A stretch of DNA of 64,000 bases, taken from contig OZ024743.1 in NCBI GenBank assembly GCA_964016885.1, positions 195,052,001 to 195,116,000 on the forward strand, written 5' to 3'. Numbering within the stretch: the stretch's first letter is position 1; the number at the start of each line of letters is the position of its first letter. The DNA is from Eledone cirrhosa (Eukaryota). A program made the position numbers and the translations under genes. This document shows, one piece after another, positions 15,076 to 29,000 of this stretch. The notes beneath the pieces were generated by a model. The model did not search any database. It was not told the origin of the DNA and saw only the letters and a program-made list of their open reading frames with translations.

Positions 15076-15773
15076 AGTAAATAAAATAAAATAAATAAAT
15101 AAATAAATACATACACAAGCACAATAACAACAAGCACATAAACACACACTAGTCACCCATCACACATCAAACAAAACACTATACACACACGCAAACGCAT
15201 GCGCAAAGAAGACAAAATAAAATAAACAAACAAGCAAATAAGTAAATAAATATATAGACAGACTGAATAAAAATGGCGTAGACATACAATGCAACGGGAG
15301 GAAACGATAGCACCACTGACGTGTTGCAGATGTGCAACGAAAGATTTATGATAAACTATATATATGTGCTTGTGTCTATATTGTATCTGTATTATTTTTG
15401 ACCGTCGGTCATTCAATGGCAACATTGAGGACCGAGTAAGTTAGATTACCGATATTAAAGACACAGAAGCGAGAAGCGAAAACCAACCAAACAGTGAGTG
15501 TGTTCTGTTATTAATTCTGGCAATATTACACAAATATGACCCTCCCCAAGTATAACAATATTTTTTTCGACACACGATTTCATATAAAAAACATCGCAAA
15601 ACTATATATATATATATATATATTTAATACATATTTATATCATCTTGATCAACTTGCCGACCAGTCTGCCGGGCGCCAATCGGCGCCGCTGGTCACAGCA
15701 CATCGTACTGTTTTAGCCATAAAATAAAGCCATCCCACTGGCTGGGCTGGCAGGCCGTATATATATATATGCC

Positions 15774-15823
<50 letters not shown>

Positions 15824-16279
15824 TGTGTGTGTGTGTGTGTTTATACATAAGTGTGTGTTTGTGTGTGTGTGCGTCTAACATATGAATGGATATAATGTAA
15901 ACATCTTATATAGTCGACTCAGCGCAATGATGAAAATCCACAGACAAAATAAGAATATATATAAAATACAACAAAATCTAATTGAAGCAAGTAACAGGCA
16001 GTCTACTGCTACATTGTCTATTGTGTACAATAACAAAGAAGATATTCTAGTATCAACTGAGAAGTTGCTAAACTTCATTTTGTAGAAACAAGAAAAAGGG
16101 AAAAAAAAACAAAGACAATAATAAATGTCTTCCTTCATCCTATTATTTCTGCGAATTATTTATTCTCCACATTGTTAGAAATAAATTTTCAATTTATGAC
16201 GTAGATTTGGTAGGAATTTAATTAAATCTCTTCACACATACAAACACACACAAGCGCACTCAGACGTCCACATGTAAGC

Positions 16280-16335
<56 letters not shown>

Positions 16336-16371
16336 ATATATGCACATATATATGTGTGTATATACATATAC

Positions 16372-16435
<64 letters not shown>

Positions 16436-16506
16436 GCTTACATATACATACATGTAAGTATGTATGTATCTGTGTGTGTATATATATATATATATGTAGA
16501 CATACT

Positions 16507-16566
<60 letters not shown>

Positions 16567-18045
16567 GTGTGTGTGTGTGTGTGTGTGTGCGTATGTGATA
16601 TATCTGCGTGTGTATGTTTGTACAAAATATAATTAAAAGAAAATACTGAAGCAAATCTTAGAATGATTAAATTATTTTGGTAATGATTTTTGCACCAAGT
16701 GAATGTTAATTATCTGAAATTATCCCCTAGTATATCTCCCGCCTTCATTCTCACAATAATCTCATTATTTATTAGCGGGTTCAACGCAATGAACAAGGAG
16801 CCAACAGATATCACATTTTAACTCACGTTTTTTGCACAGTTGCTAATAAAGCGATGACAGGCTCAAGTTAGAAAATGAATTTCCCCTGATTTTACAGCAT
16901 TATACTCTAAAGGTTAAAATCTTGATTATTAAATATCATTTGAAATAGCGCGATGAATTTTAACAATCTAGAGCCCTTGAATAACTAACCTGGTGAGATT
17001 GCTGGATGAAGTTTGGGTATTTCAATTTAATCTTTCTTTATCCAATGATAACATCAGTTTAATTGATATTTCTTATTAGGTGGAGTAATTTTATGTATAT
17101 TGACCTAAAAAGTAAAAATTAAAAATATAGAATTTACGAAGCCCAACGTCCAGCTTTTGAAGCGCTGATTAGATGTATATGCTCGACGCTTTACGCTTTA
17201 ATCTTTAAGCAAAGGAGCCAATTACAAACTTATTCTCGTCATTTTAACTATATAACTGGACAACAGTTTTCAGATGTCAGTAAGCCTCTGATATGGAGTT
17301 CAATTACTCATAGCGGGCGTTGACAAATTCTTTATCCGTGTTTAAGGGCCTTTACCATATTTTATAACTTATCTTTATAGATTTTCTGAGCACATTTTTA
17401 TACTTATACATATACTTCTCAATACATATTTAAGGAAAAGATTCAGTTGTATAGGAAGCTTGTCAGGTTATTTTATTGATGCCGGTTATCATTCATTTAA
17501 CGTTAACTACCAACATACGTTAATTCGTCCATTGGTGGTGAACAGTTGCTGATATAGTGAAAAATCATAATGTCTAATTTATGTTCTTTGTGAGTTTCAA
17601 ATTTCGTATGTATATATAAAAGACTAGACAGAGGGTAAGTAAATATAGAAGCAATACTCTGTGGATAACAAAACTATCGAATTGAGATTCTGTTATTTAT
17701 GAATATGTTCAAATATGTGATTCGGTTACCGTTATCTCAAATGCCAATATGGTAATGGGCGTATAGATGTGTTATATGCGTCACATGTGACTCTCATATT
17801 GATGATAATTTCCACCTGATTTTACAGAAGAAAGAATAATCATTTTAATCGTTGCAATGTCTACTCATTATTTTAGTGAGCTCTCCTAGTCTCCAATTTC
17901 TGAATATTTATCATTTTGTATGCATCATCAATCAATGTTAATTTAATGTATAATACCAAGCAAATTGTATTTCAGAAGATTGGAAGACTAAATTATATTT
18001 CATCATTTAGACGTTCGATGCTTAGTGAGTGAAAGTATGTAATAT

Positions 18046-18548
<503 letters not shown>

Positions 18549-20109
18549 ACATTGTGTTTCGTACAAATTATATATCATAATATTAAAATATTCTCCTAAA
18601 TATGTAATGTTATATAGATAACAATTTTATTCAAATACAGTTGATAAATTCAAGCTTCCAGTTTAACCCAATTTACAAACATATATAATGTTATTTACTA
18701 TATAGTTTTGTAGATAAACATATATTAAATGTTTATTTTTGATATAGATTCTATCCAATGTTGACAATCTCTAAATAAGTTTTCTATATAATTAATATAT
18801 GTAGTGTCGACAACAAATGGCTATAAACCTTGCATGATATAGAGCCATAACTCAAGCTGGCTCTTCATTACCTCGTAAATTCTCCATTTTGTTTACTACT
18901 ATACGAGTGAATTTTCCTCTTTTTATTCCTAACTTCTATAAACTTAGATTAGAATAAGCAATGTTATGTGGTATGGACTTAACACATTTTTTTCGAGAAA
19001 TTACAAACTCAGATGACCGATGAACTAGAGCTTTGTAATTTTCTCATGAGTAAAATATATCAACCATGTTTGTTTATTCTAAAGAAGACTGTTGTTGACT
19101 GTCAACGGTACAAAACTATGCAATACTAATAAATCACTCACAAATAAGTAGATTACTTGCGTAGGAAACATTAATTTTTCTATCTAAAATTATATGTAAG
19201 CATTTGCCTCTTGGCGGTGGCTGGTTGTCTATAAAACATATGATGGATTACATGCAAACTCGCAAAACTGTTACACTGGAATTTAAACAAAATCCACAGT
19301 GGTTCAATATATTAATGAGTAATCAGCTCCGAAAACGTAGACAAGACATAGAGTGTTTAGCATTTATAGTTCTTTATATATATATGTATATGTTATATAT
19401 TATATAACAAATACTATTGTTTTTCTCCTGTTGAATCCTTAATAACCCTTTGACATCTATCTATTTTCGTTTCCATTCCAATTGTTTTATTTGTTTATAC
19501 TACTCATGGTATTTTCATTCATCAATTTCGACTCTCTCACAGATCCGTTCGTCTATTACCAGGAGATAATGTCTATCAATCATTACAATATATTTACTGA
19601 CACTGTTCTCAAATGTATCACTACTATGAGTAATGAGTCTTTCTTCTTTATATGTGGCTTACAAAGTTGTTTTTTCTTGTGTATGTAAATTATTTTAATG
19701 TGGATTGAATATATCTTCATTTGTCAAGTTACATTCTTTAAGTTAATAGCCTACGAGCTCTCTCGATTACACTCATTTGGAAAAAAATCATTCTACATTG
19801 AAATGAAAAGGATCCAATCAATTCATATCTTTGCCAGGAAATTGTCCGAAAAGAGATGGAGAAAGTGGCTTTAATTTTATATATCGAAATAAATGATCAA
19901 TAGTTATTCTATCTTGAATACCGTGCTATGAAAGTTATCTATAATGTTAGTTTCAACCAGAATTTGAAGTATGAAAATGTAAACTAAGTTTGAGTTGGTT
20001 TTATTTTGCAAAATCTTTAATCAATTTATATATATATATATACACACAGACACACACAGACACACACACAGACACACACACACACACACTCATATATATA
20101 TGTATATAT

Positions 20110-20163
<54 letters not shown>

Positions 20164-20289
20164 GTATATATGTGTAAATTATATATGTATAACAAAGGGT
20201 CATCGGCCTAAGAGATGCAAAGACCAGTACATAAATACACACACACACACTCATATATATATATGTATATATATATATATGTATGTATG

Positions 20290-20355
<66 letters not shown>

Positions 20356-20426
20356 TACTTATATATATACATATATATATATGAATATATATATATATTT
20401 ATATATATATATATGCATATATATAT

Positions 20427-20716
20427 ATTAAAGATTTAATTTAATAATTTAATATTAATAATTATATTATATTAAGGTGTATTAGTAATAATATATTGGT
20501 TTAAATGTGTATGTTAAGGATTATAAATTATTTAAATAAATATATAGTATTTTACATTAGAGAAAATCTAGTATAATTTATTTTATTAAAAGTTGTAAGT
20601 CAAAATTTAAACATCATTTGTACACACATTAAAAAATGCTCCGAAGATGCCTCCAAGCCTAGATTTGGATGAAACAATTGTAAGTGAATAAATGCTTTGA
20701 ACATAGCTTTGATTCT

Positions 20717-20725
<9 letters not shown>
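20427..20725 (+). mobile_element. AT-rich terminal-repeat fragment with hammerhead-like motif; inverted homologue at 24757-24944
   Basis: 20427-20615 is the reverse complement of 24757-24944. At 20637-20686: tgct CCGAAGA ..tccaa..ttgga t GAAA caattg TA agtg. Confidence 0.6.
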
Positions 20726-20746
<21 letters not shown>

Positions 20747-20747
<1 letters not shown>

Positions 20748-22330
20748 GGAACGAGTAGGACCCCGACGGCTGATCTCAAGCCGTTTCGACGACTAATTCT
20801 GGACTAAATGAACATTTTTATCCTGGTATATGTTAAAAGTGATTGTCACAAGGATTGGTCAAAAGTTTGTTGTTGAGACACATAATTCTATCATGGCAAT
20901 TTGTGGAAGGAAGGGGTAGCTGAACCTGCCAGTAGAAGAAAGAGGGAGAGGGAGTGGTGAAACCCAGTCGTGCGTTGATAGTGCCAACTACGGCAGGATC
21001 CTAAGGGCAGGAGGTGAAGAAAGTATACTAGGGAGGGGGAGGGGAAGGACATCGAAACAATAAGTAAATCAATATGGAGTAAATATATAGAAGAATACTA
21101 AGAATGTTAAAAATATAAAAAAACAATCATCAAGTTCCTCACTGGTACTGCTAAACTATAGAAAAGTTTACTAGGTGGGACGGAAATGTAGTGAGAGAAT
21201 TTTATGAGTTAGTAGTAATCAACCAAGTATATCTTACAGTGACAGGTCAACAAGTAGGGGGCCAAAATACTAAATAAACTACCACGAAATAATAATTCAG
21301 AGTCCCGAAACTAATACGAAATAATAATCCAGAATCCCGAAAATGAATTCTAATACTATCTCTACGGGTGACGCTACGATACAACAATTCTAGTACAAAC
21401 TACATAAATGCTCGCACGATATATATGACAAATTTGATACGGAAAATTAATTCAGAATACCCCCCCCCCCAAAAAAAAATACTTATATACGAGAAACTAA
21501 AGCAGTGATACCACTAAGAAATGTAGAGAGCACGGAAATGGGGCCCCCATCGGATAAGAAAGCAAGTATCTGGGGTCGATCACATCTGCTATAAAAAGCG
21601 GAGTCGGCCAATTCTATCATAGAATAGGGGATGGGGGTGGGGGTACTGAGGCTACAAAGGACCGAGGGGCTGCCTCGGGGTTGGCGAGAAAGTGAAAAGG
21701 ACGACGACAAAAAAGGAGAACTGGAGTGGAAGGACTAGGAAGTGATGGGGGGAAGAAGGAAATCTAGAGGAAACGATAAAAAGATATAAAAGAAAATCTT
21801 ACATCTACCTTTGCAAGCAGGGGTTACCCATTACAAAGTCGGCAAGTGGGGTGTTACAGCCTTTGTCTACCCCCCCCCCCCGGTCATTATGGGGTTTGAG
21901 GGCGAAGTAAGTCCTACGCAATCTGTGTTTGCATGCAGTTACCAGTTCGTCTTTCTTGTTTAGGAGTTGGTCCGTCGAAAACAACATTTGTAAAGTTTCC
22001 TCCGAGCATAAATTGCACGGACGGCGTCCCCCCGTGTAAGAGTTGGCTCTGGACAGTAAGCTCCAAGTGAGATCATAGGTAATATTTTTATGTTTGAGGT
22101 CCCAGATGTGGCCCGAAAGTGTGGTGGCGTGACGCCGGGCTGAGTTTCGGAAAGCATGACTGTGTTGGTAGGGCCGGGTCTTGAAGTCACATGCGGTTAA
22201 TCCTATATAAGCTTTGTTGGAGGTGTCCGTCCTCACGTTGCACTGGTAGATGACATTACGATCTCTGCATCTGTTGTCGAGGGGGCAAATGGATCCATCA
22301 GGACAGTTGCACCTCTTGGTCGGCTCTTAT
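20747..22330 (-). mobile_element. PLE 3' fragment (Nematis-like GIY-YIG endonuclease + long 3' region)
   Basis: CNCPDGSICPLDNRCRDRNVIYQCNV leads into ORF 21805-22236 (YIGLTACDFKTR...H...TTLSGHIWDLK...CNLCSEE...LLNKKDELVTACKH). Clade assignment is from recalled motifs. Confidence 0.85.
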
Positions 22331-22376
22331 AATGCGTTAGCGGCGGTGTCGCCTGTTTGATCCGCTAATGATTCAG

Positions 22377-22409
<33 letters not shown>

Positions 22410-22416
<7 letters not shown>

Positions 22417-22744
22417 TAAGTGAGGTCTTTTTACAAACTGAAAAATAACATGAGTGAAAGAATAAAGGAAAAAAGACGAAATCGAAAATGCAACTGGAGT
22501 CTTGTTTTTAAAAAGATACATATATTTATTTGGTTCCTTTACCGGTTTCGCAGTTCTTCTACTTTTCAAAAGTAGAGTTGAGATGGAGGATCTGTGGTTT
22601 TTCTCACATCTGAGAAAAAATACAGACCCTCCATCTCAACTCTACTTTTGAAACTGGGAAACCGGTAAAGGAACCAAATAAATATATGTATCTTTTTAAA
22701 AACAAGACTCCAGTTGCATTTTCGATTTCATCTTTTTTTCTTTA
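22410..22744. repeat. Fold-back palindrome (~135-150-bp arms) between (TA)n tracts
   Basis: Centre ttttctca-catc-tgagaaaa near 22609. Both arms carry GAAA-CCGG-TA-aagg, which is the 3' half of a minimal hammerhead. Confidence 0.85.
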
Positions 22745-22770
22745 TATATATATATATAAATATATATATG

Positions 22771-22944
<174 letters not shown>

Positions 22945-22960
22945 AATATATATATATATA

Positions 22961-24411
22961 TACAAGTTAATATAAATTAATATATATGATATATATTTAT
23001 ATTTAACGCACATGGTTTTCCAGTTTCTAGCTGCCGCATACTCGTTCTGCTAGAAATAACAGCCGTTTATATGGGGCTAAAGTTAGCTCTACATAAGGAG
23101 CAGTGATACTAAGAATAATGAGTTCTAAATTCAAGCAGTCCTTTACAATGAAGTAGCTCAAAGAAAGAAGTATTTCTGAGCCGTGTAATACAAGTTAATA
23201 TAAATTAATATATATGATAAAACACAAATACCAACATATAAGTGTTTGTATTGTAAATGACTAAGTTAGCTAGATTGAAAAATACTAATTATAATAATAC
23301 AGTTTGCCTGTCTCAATTTAAAATAATAAATCAATAAAAACAAACGATATTGGCAAATGGCCGTGGTACTTGGACAAATTTAAATTTCAAAATCAAACCT
23401 GTTCATTAGATAAGTTTAAACTTCAAAATCCAAATAAGTTTCGAAATGAAAAAGTGAAAAATTACCCCGTTCAGCTCTCCTCACCAAGTACCCTGAACAA
23501 TTGGTATGTTTCACTTCAAAATATTTTAAAAGACTGTTTAACGCACATAGTTTTCCAGTTTCTAGCTGCCGCATACTCGTTCTGCTAGAAATAACAGCTG
23601 TTTATATGGGGCTAAAATTAGCTCTACATAAGGAGCAGTGATACTAAGAATAATGAGTTCTAAACTCAAGCAGTCCTTTACAATGAAATAGCTCAAAGAA
23701 AGAAGTATTTCTGAGCCGTGTAATACAAGTTAATATTAATTAATATATATGATAAAAGACAAATACCAACTAATACATTAATTTATATTAACTTGTATTA
23801 CACGGCCCAGAAATACTTCTTTCTTTGAGCTATTTCATTGTAAAGGACTGCTTGAGTTTAGAACTCATTATTCTTAGTATCACTGCTCCTTATGTAGAGC
23901 TAACTTTAGCCCCATATAAACGGCTGTTATTTCTAGCAGAACGAGTATGCGGCAGTTAGAAACTGGAAAACCATGTGCGTTAAACAGTCTTTTTAAATAT
24001 TTTGAAGTGAAACATATCAATTGTTTAGGGTACTTGCTGAGGAAAGCTGAACGGGGTATTTTTTCACTTTTTCATTTCGAAACTTATTTGGATTTTGAAG
24101 TTTAAACTTATCTACGGAACAGGTTTGATTTTGAAATTTAAATGTGTCCAAGTACCCCGGCCATTTGCCAATATCGTTTGTTTTTATTCATTTATTATTT
24201 TAAATCGAGACAGGCAAACTGTATTATTATAATTAGTATTATTCAATCTAGCTAACTTAGTCATTTACAATACAAACACTTATATGTTGGTATTTGTGTT
24301 TTATCATATATATTAATTTATATTAACTTGTATTACACGGCTCAGAAATACTTCTTTCTTTGAGCTATTTTATTATAAAGGACTGCTTGAGTTTAGAACT
24401 CATTATTCTTA

Positions 24412-24412
<1 letters not shown>
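22961..24412. mobile_element. Non-coding 535-bp-unit element: partial tandem (-) joined to an inverted copy (+), hammerhead-bearing (family A)
   Basis: 23005-23230 is repeated at 23540-23765 (period 535). 23777-24412 is the reverse complement of the unit. (TA)n on both sides and no recognisable ORF. Confidence 0.85.
24028..24157 (+). ncRNA. Type I hammerhead ribozyme with long stem III; second copy at 23364-23493 (-)
   Basis: Stem I gggtacttg/caagtaccc (9 bp), CTGAGGA at 24037-24043, GAAA at 24079-24082, ~25-bp wobble-rich stem III, GTC triplet at 24146-24148. Confidence 0.8.
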
Positions 24413-24460
<48 letters not shown>

Positions 24461-25564
24461 GAGGGTTTTTTTTAACTTCATAGCAAGTAAATTTATGACT
24501 TCGTATACAATATCATATGATTCATCTTTTAATTATATTCTTAAGATAAAATGTTTAACTTTATAACATTTAATCCTTGGAGTCATCTGAGATCTTAAAA
24601 AATCACTTTACACTTCCTTTACACTTTAACTTCCTCTACACTTTAACTTCCTTTACACTTTAACTTCCTTTACACTTCCTTACTGTCATTATAATATAAT
24701 TAAGTGGTTATTCCTTTTAAACTTTCGTAAATTTTCATAAATTTAGAATTATTTGGATGTTTAAATTTTGACTTACAACTTTTAATAAAATAAACTATAC
24801 TAGATTTTCTCTAATGTAAAATACTATATATTTATTTAGATAATTTATATCCACAACATACACATTTAGACCAATATATTATTACTAATACATCTTAATA
24901 TAATATAATTATTCATATTAAATTATTAAATTAAATCTTTAATATTATTTCAAATTTTAATCTTTAATTTTGATTTATAATTTTAAATTTTAATCTCATT
25001 TTTCAACCTATCATTATAAGTATTGTAATCAAAACGTAATGAACCCTGCATTATAAATATTATTCTTCCATGTTAATCTTATATCTTCTTTCACTTAGAT
25101 ATACTTCACGCTTGTATATTTCTCCTTTGAAACTTATTTCTTCATTCACTCTATCTTCACTATCAATATGTATAATCGTTCTTTCTTTCCTCTTCTATCT
25201 TTCTCCTTTCTTTTTTCTTTTTTCTTTTTTCTTTTTTCTCTCTCCCTTACATATATTCTTCTTCTAACAGTTTAATTTAAATAAACCGTTAACTTTTCAA
25301 CCTTTCGGACACTCATTTGTATACTCACTCATAACTTTGTATTACCCTCAATAAATGTACTATATCCACTATCCAGGAAGCTCCAACCGTTAAGGTTGTC
25401 TTTTTTCCGGGTATGTCAATATTTATTTATAAAACAAATCTGTATTTTATTTGATGAGATCGCACCATAATTTGCCTTGGTTGCGCTTGAAATATGTATA
25501 ATAAAATAAATATGGTTTTATAAATATAGTTTCCATTTATTAATATATTGTATATATATCTATA

Positions 25565-25634
<70 letters not shown>

Positions 25635-25641
25635 CATACAT

Positions 25642-26090
<449 letters not shown>

Positions 26091-26160
26091 TATATATATA
26101 TATATATATAAATATATAAATATATATATATACATACATATATATATATATGTATGTATG

Positions 26161-27365
26161 TAATCTACTCAAGTCTAATGGATATCCAAGCGACTGATTA
26201 ACGGAATTAGAGACCCCAGACCCAATAGACAGACACCCACTAAAAACTTAGATAAAGACAAGTGCTTCTTTAAAATCCCTCACCTGAGTGAATATACCAC
26301 GAACGCCATCCGCAGGGCCATACGGAGGGAGGGTCTTGACATACATTTGGCCCACACAGGACCTTCGCTCCGAAGATGCCTCTCCACCAAACCCGACGAG
26401 TCAGATGGGACGTGTTCCCTCAGCAACTGCCCGATACGGGGGGCAGATTGCCTACGCACCTATGTCGTATATAAGATTCAATGCGATAAATGTAACAAGT
26501 TTTACATAGGTAGCACCATCCGACCCTACATGTTCGTATCAAGGAACATGTCAACACCAACGCATCTTCCTTCCGTAAACACATCCTTAAATGCGGAAAC
26601 CCACAGGGCAGACCCTTGGTCACAGTCCTAGCGACTGAACGCAGCATCGGATCCTTAAGGATAAAGGAAGCACTTGTTATTAAGAACCTCAGACACCCAC
26701 TTAACAACCGGGCTGAGAGAAATGAACTGACATGGCTAATCTAACCATAGTGACCAGTAGCAGCCCCTACGGCCTACTATCTTTCACACACACGCACTTA
26801 TATCTATACCCATACATACACACACACACACACACACATCTATATTTATACACACACACATGTTTATACAATCTACCACCTTTCACACCCTTTGAATTCC
26901 AGCTTTTACGGCCCACTATCTTTCACACACACACACTCACATATATACACACATACACATATACACACACAGTTACACACACATATATATTTACACAGAC
27001 ATATTTTACGGCTTTCACGCGCTAGCGCACCCTATTGATTTAACCCAATTGGTCAGTAGCTTTGCCACAGCCTATCACGCGCACGCGCATTCTTTCCCTC
27101 GTTTGAATTTTCCCCATAACGGCATTCCTATGTTTTAACGACAATACAACAACTTTCTCCGGCTTAGCCTGTTCCCCCCCTTTTGGAACTTTCCCCCCGT
27201 TGATGGGCGTGAGCCCGAAATATTGGGATTAAATCTCCACTACGGTAACCCTTCTAGCTTTGTTTTGTTTTCCTTTTTGTCTCATTTTCCACTTTTCTCC
27301 TATTTCTCACTCATTTCCTACCTCGAGATTTCCCATCTGCATTGTTGTGGCTTTCTAAACTACAT
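26161..27365 (+). mobile_element. PLE 3' fragment (linker + GIY-YIG + 3' region), same family as 60940-62740
   Basis: [16 protein letters not shown]...CSLSNCPI...[26 protein letters not shown], with a frameshift at ~26530. The 3' terminus is homologous to 60940-61190. Confidence 0.9.
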
Positions 27366-27382
27366 ATTTTATATATATATAT

Positions 27383-28118
27383 ATAACGTATGCTAATTGC
27401 TCTGGCTTCTTCCTAGTCCATTGAGCGCTTGCCGGCATATCTCGAAAATTGCGTTTCGTTTTGTTTTGGCCGCTGCTGAAATACGATCTCGCTGAAATTA
27501 TATTTGTATTAATCTCCCGGGCCTAGCAATTAATTAGTTAAATCAATTTGACAATTCTATTGACTTATTAATTGCTTAAGTTTATTTAAAAACAACCCGG
27601 TCGAGAGCTTACTTCGATTTGGGCATTTTTTTTTTTTTGCAATGTTTGGCAACTCCTTTACACATTTTGAATGCACCCGCCAAAAACAAGGGTTACCTCC
27701 CTTGCAGGGTAACCACGTGAGGTAGTGACTTCACTAATGCCTCATTTGAACGTGGTAGGCTGTTAAGAGCACAAACCTGTTGACAAAGTGTCTACCTTGT
27801 TCGATCATTATACTAAAAGCTTACAACGAAAGAAGACAGTATACTTGATTTAGAGGTCACAGAAACCTCCCACTGGATTTTAACACCGAGTTCTAGGAAT
27901 GGCCAGGTAAAACTTTTTTTTAACCTGTCTATCTTGCTCGTTTTTTCGGCTGACTGGCTTGTCAATTTACAGCCATTTTTATAATGTGTCTGGCCCTTAT
28001 AACGTATGTTAATTGCTCTGGCATCTTCCTAGTCCATTAAGCGCCGCTTGCCGGCATATCTCGAAAATTGCGTTTCGTTTTGCCGCCGCCGAAATACGAT
28101 CTCGCTGAAATTATATTT
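27383..28118. mobile_element. Non-coding element with ~120-bp direct terminal repeats (period 616 bp) in (TA)n
   Basis: aacgtatg.taattgctctggc...gctgaaattatattt at 27385-27505 and 28001-28118. Confidence 0.8.
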
Positions 28119-28127
28119 ATATATATG

Positions 28128-28227
<100 letters not shown>

Positions 28228-28808
28228 TATATACATATATATATACGTATATGTAAATATATGCATGGGTATACATGTATATTTATATCCGTCTTACTGT
28301 GTGCGTGTCTGCATGTGTGTGTGTTTGTGTGAGTGCACGGGAAATTTAACTATGATTGCATCACGGAATACAAACATTTAAAAGGCATTCATCGTGATAA
28401 TCGAAAGTAAGATTATATGTAAGCGAAAGAAAACTTACATGTACGATGAAGTAGCTCACAAAATCACAGAAGGAGAATACGCACCCATATACAAATTTCG
28501 TAGATTTCTACCACAAAATTACTGAGCCTTTCTGTATAATAGCCAACATTTTTATTTTCTACATACGGACATTTCCGACTTAAAAGCAAAAAAATGACTA
28601 ACCTGCTAAATTGTTTATATTAACCACCCAGACACCAGTTCATTTCACACAGAATGATTCATCATTTCCATCGAACACAAAGCAGTCTATATTCATGTAT
28701 ATCTGATGTAAAACTTTGGCATTTTCCAAACATTTCAATAGCATCGAAACGAAATATATATGAATTGGCCTATTATTATGTGGATTGTATATCATTGCCT
28801 ATTATTAT

Positions 28809-29000
28809 GGGGATTGGCAGTATCGGTAGAGTGTCAGACACCATGCTTTGCAGCATAGAGTTGTGGCTCTCTACGTTCTGAGTTCAAATACCGCCTAGGT
28901 TAACTTTGTCTTTACTCATAACGAGGTCGATAAAATAAAGTACCAGTAATGCACTGGGATAATTACTGGCCTTGTGCCAAAAGTAGAAACAATTATTATT
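28809..29000 (+). mobile_element. tRNA-derived SINE
   Basis: tggcagtatcggtag ... gagttcaaata ... gtcgataaaataaagtaccagt ... ccttgtgccaaaagtagaaacaattattatt. Confidence 0.88.

Larger units (their letters stand above)
13031..15561 (+). mobile_element. Penelope-like element, 5'-truncated, with an ~830-bp inverted copy of its 3' end
   Basis: 13031-13864 is the reverse complement of 14731-15561, and the RT segment lies between them. Adjacent to (TA)n tracts. Confidence 0.92.

Noticed and set aside
19542-19680. Possible plus-strand exon (tctctcacag acceptor, gtatgt donor, one open frame)
   Set aside because: No recognisable domain and no partner exons. It needs RNA-seq or homology evidence.
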